Assembly (NCBI GenBank): GCA_036172245.1
Contig: JAYWIR010000022.1
Location: forward strand, 2,418,001 to 2,482,000
DNA from: Raillietiella orientalis
Taxonomy: Eukaryota
Length of the DNA stretch: 64,000 bases
Direction: 5' to 3'
The stretch's first letter is position 1, and the number at the start of each line of letters is the position of its first letter. Below, piece after piece: positions 62,900 to 64,000 of this stretch. The notes under the pieces are model-generated. The model worked only from the letters and a program-made list of their open reading frames with translations. It made no database searches and was not told where the DNA came from. Position numbers and translations under genes: made by a program.

Positions 62900-63450
62900 T
62901 CTTCGTGGGGTCGAGTTGCACAAGTGGGGCATCGCCTTGGCAACTATCCAAGCTGGCGTGTCCATCCGGCGGATGTCGCGAGCGTAGCGGATGCACGAAG
63001 TAACCTCAAGTGCTGCCTCACCTCACTGCCTGCCGCAAGAGCGCTGTGATCGCAACAAGCTGCTGCGTCCGCAGCCATGGTGATCGCCCGCTCACGCGCT
63101 GGAGTCAGGTTCGCTGAGAAGAGAGACCACTAGTATGGCAGCAGCACTCGTGAGGGCAGTAGCAAGGTGGACTCATCTTTCAGAATAAGTCACCAGGGAG
63201 ATTGCCACCATCCGTAGCCACCTATAGAAAAAAAAGAACGTCTCACACCAAAGACCCCTGTCCCTCCCTCCCGTCTTTTTTTCATTTATTTATTGTCCTT
63301 TCCCCACGCTCCCTACTTTTTGGAAGCTAACTTGCGGACCGGTGGTCATTCTGAAGGACTTCTTTTTTTTTTTTTCGAAGGGATTCTTTCTCATTCTTCC
63401 TTGTAGTCTGTTTTGTTTTTTCAAAATGAACGTCCCGGCGTAACCGGGTG
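62900..63450 (+). repeat. Repeat family R, diverged copy
   Basis: ACCTCAAGTG (63003 vs 41918), GGAGATTGCCACCATCC vs GGAAGTTGCCGGCATCC, a T-rich tract then TTGTCC, and terminal AATGAACGTCCCGGCGTAACCGGGTG, colinear with 41900-42640. Confidence 0.6.
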
Positions 63451-64000
63451 CGGACCTCACCTCACCGGCATGCATACGCGGGACGTCCGTCCAGCAAGCA
63501 CTGCTTCGTTGCCGAGGTCTCAAATACCAGAAGGTCCGATGACTATGGCCAGCACCTTTGTGGCGACTTCTTTCTTGGATCGCTGGCTGGCAGCTCCTTG
63601 GCGTTTGGATGCTTTCTCATTCCTGGTGACGCAGAAGGCTGCTTCACCGCTCCTCAAGCGGGCAAGCCGAGTCCGACACCACCATTCCCGCTGTCCTTCT
63701 GCAAGACCAGATCCAGCCTCAAGAGTTGAAGTGGGAGCGGGCTGATTGTGGGAAGCCACTTTCCATTCTTCTGTTTCTACCGCCGCTGTTTCGACCTCGT
63801 CCACAGTCACATCGTGCCTAGCCTCCTCCTGCAGACGAGAGCGCCTCATGCGGTGATTTGCGACATGGGGCAGCGTCTCGGTCCGCAGGCCACAAGGACG
63901 ACACAGGCAATCAGCTTCCTTCCTTCTGGGGGCTCCACTCATGGGGAGCAGACTTAGCCTTGCAGCGTGGAAGAGCTTGCAGCCCGCAGATCTCAGTTGG

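Noticed and set aside
63020..63221. Apparent minus-strand exon after TTTTCTATAG with hydrophobic translation and TGA codons
   Set aside because: Stops in all three frames, and the region is the antisense of a family R copy; no basis for selenocysteine or readthrough.
1..64000. CRISPR array, hammerhead ribozyme, spliced-leader or snRNA genes
   Set aside because: No regularly spaced repeats; the CTGAnGA sites I inspected lack stem II plus GAAA; no SL1-like sequence noticed. By-eye search only.

Overview
Animal (invertebrate-type) nuclear DNA with spliceosomal introns. All calls come from by-eye reading and translation, with no database search. Three intact genes can be reconstructed exon by exon: two minus-strand 7-exon tetraspanin paralogues (11470-24669, 262 aa; 46853-54852, 260 aa) and, between them, a plus-strand 8-exon EXTL3/rib-2/botv glycosyltransferase (30272-34857, 867 aa) in an AT-rich, CpG-poor island with 44-58 nt introns. 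A frameshifted third tetraspanin lies downstream of the first. The rest is GC-rich low-complexity DNA with decayed Ty3/Gypsy (Mag-like) remnants, two small mitochondrial insertions (nad2, rrnL), a 363-bp near-perfect inverted repeat, and an unclassified repeat family. That family ends in an AATAAA-like signal plus a co-varying stem-loop and may occur as head-to-head pairs. Most ORFs in the six-frame track are GC-driven noise. I found no CRISPR array, canonical tRNA or nuclear rRNA gene, and no clearly new biological system; the repeat family and the inverted repeat are the best leads.
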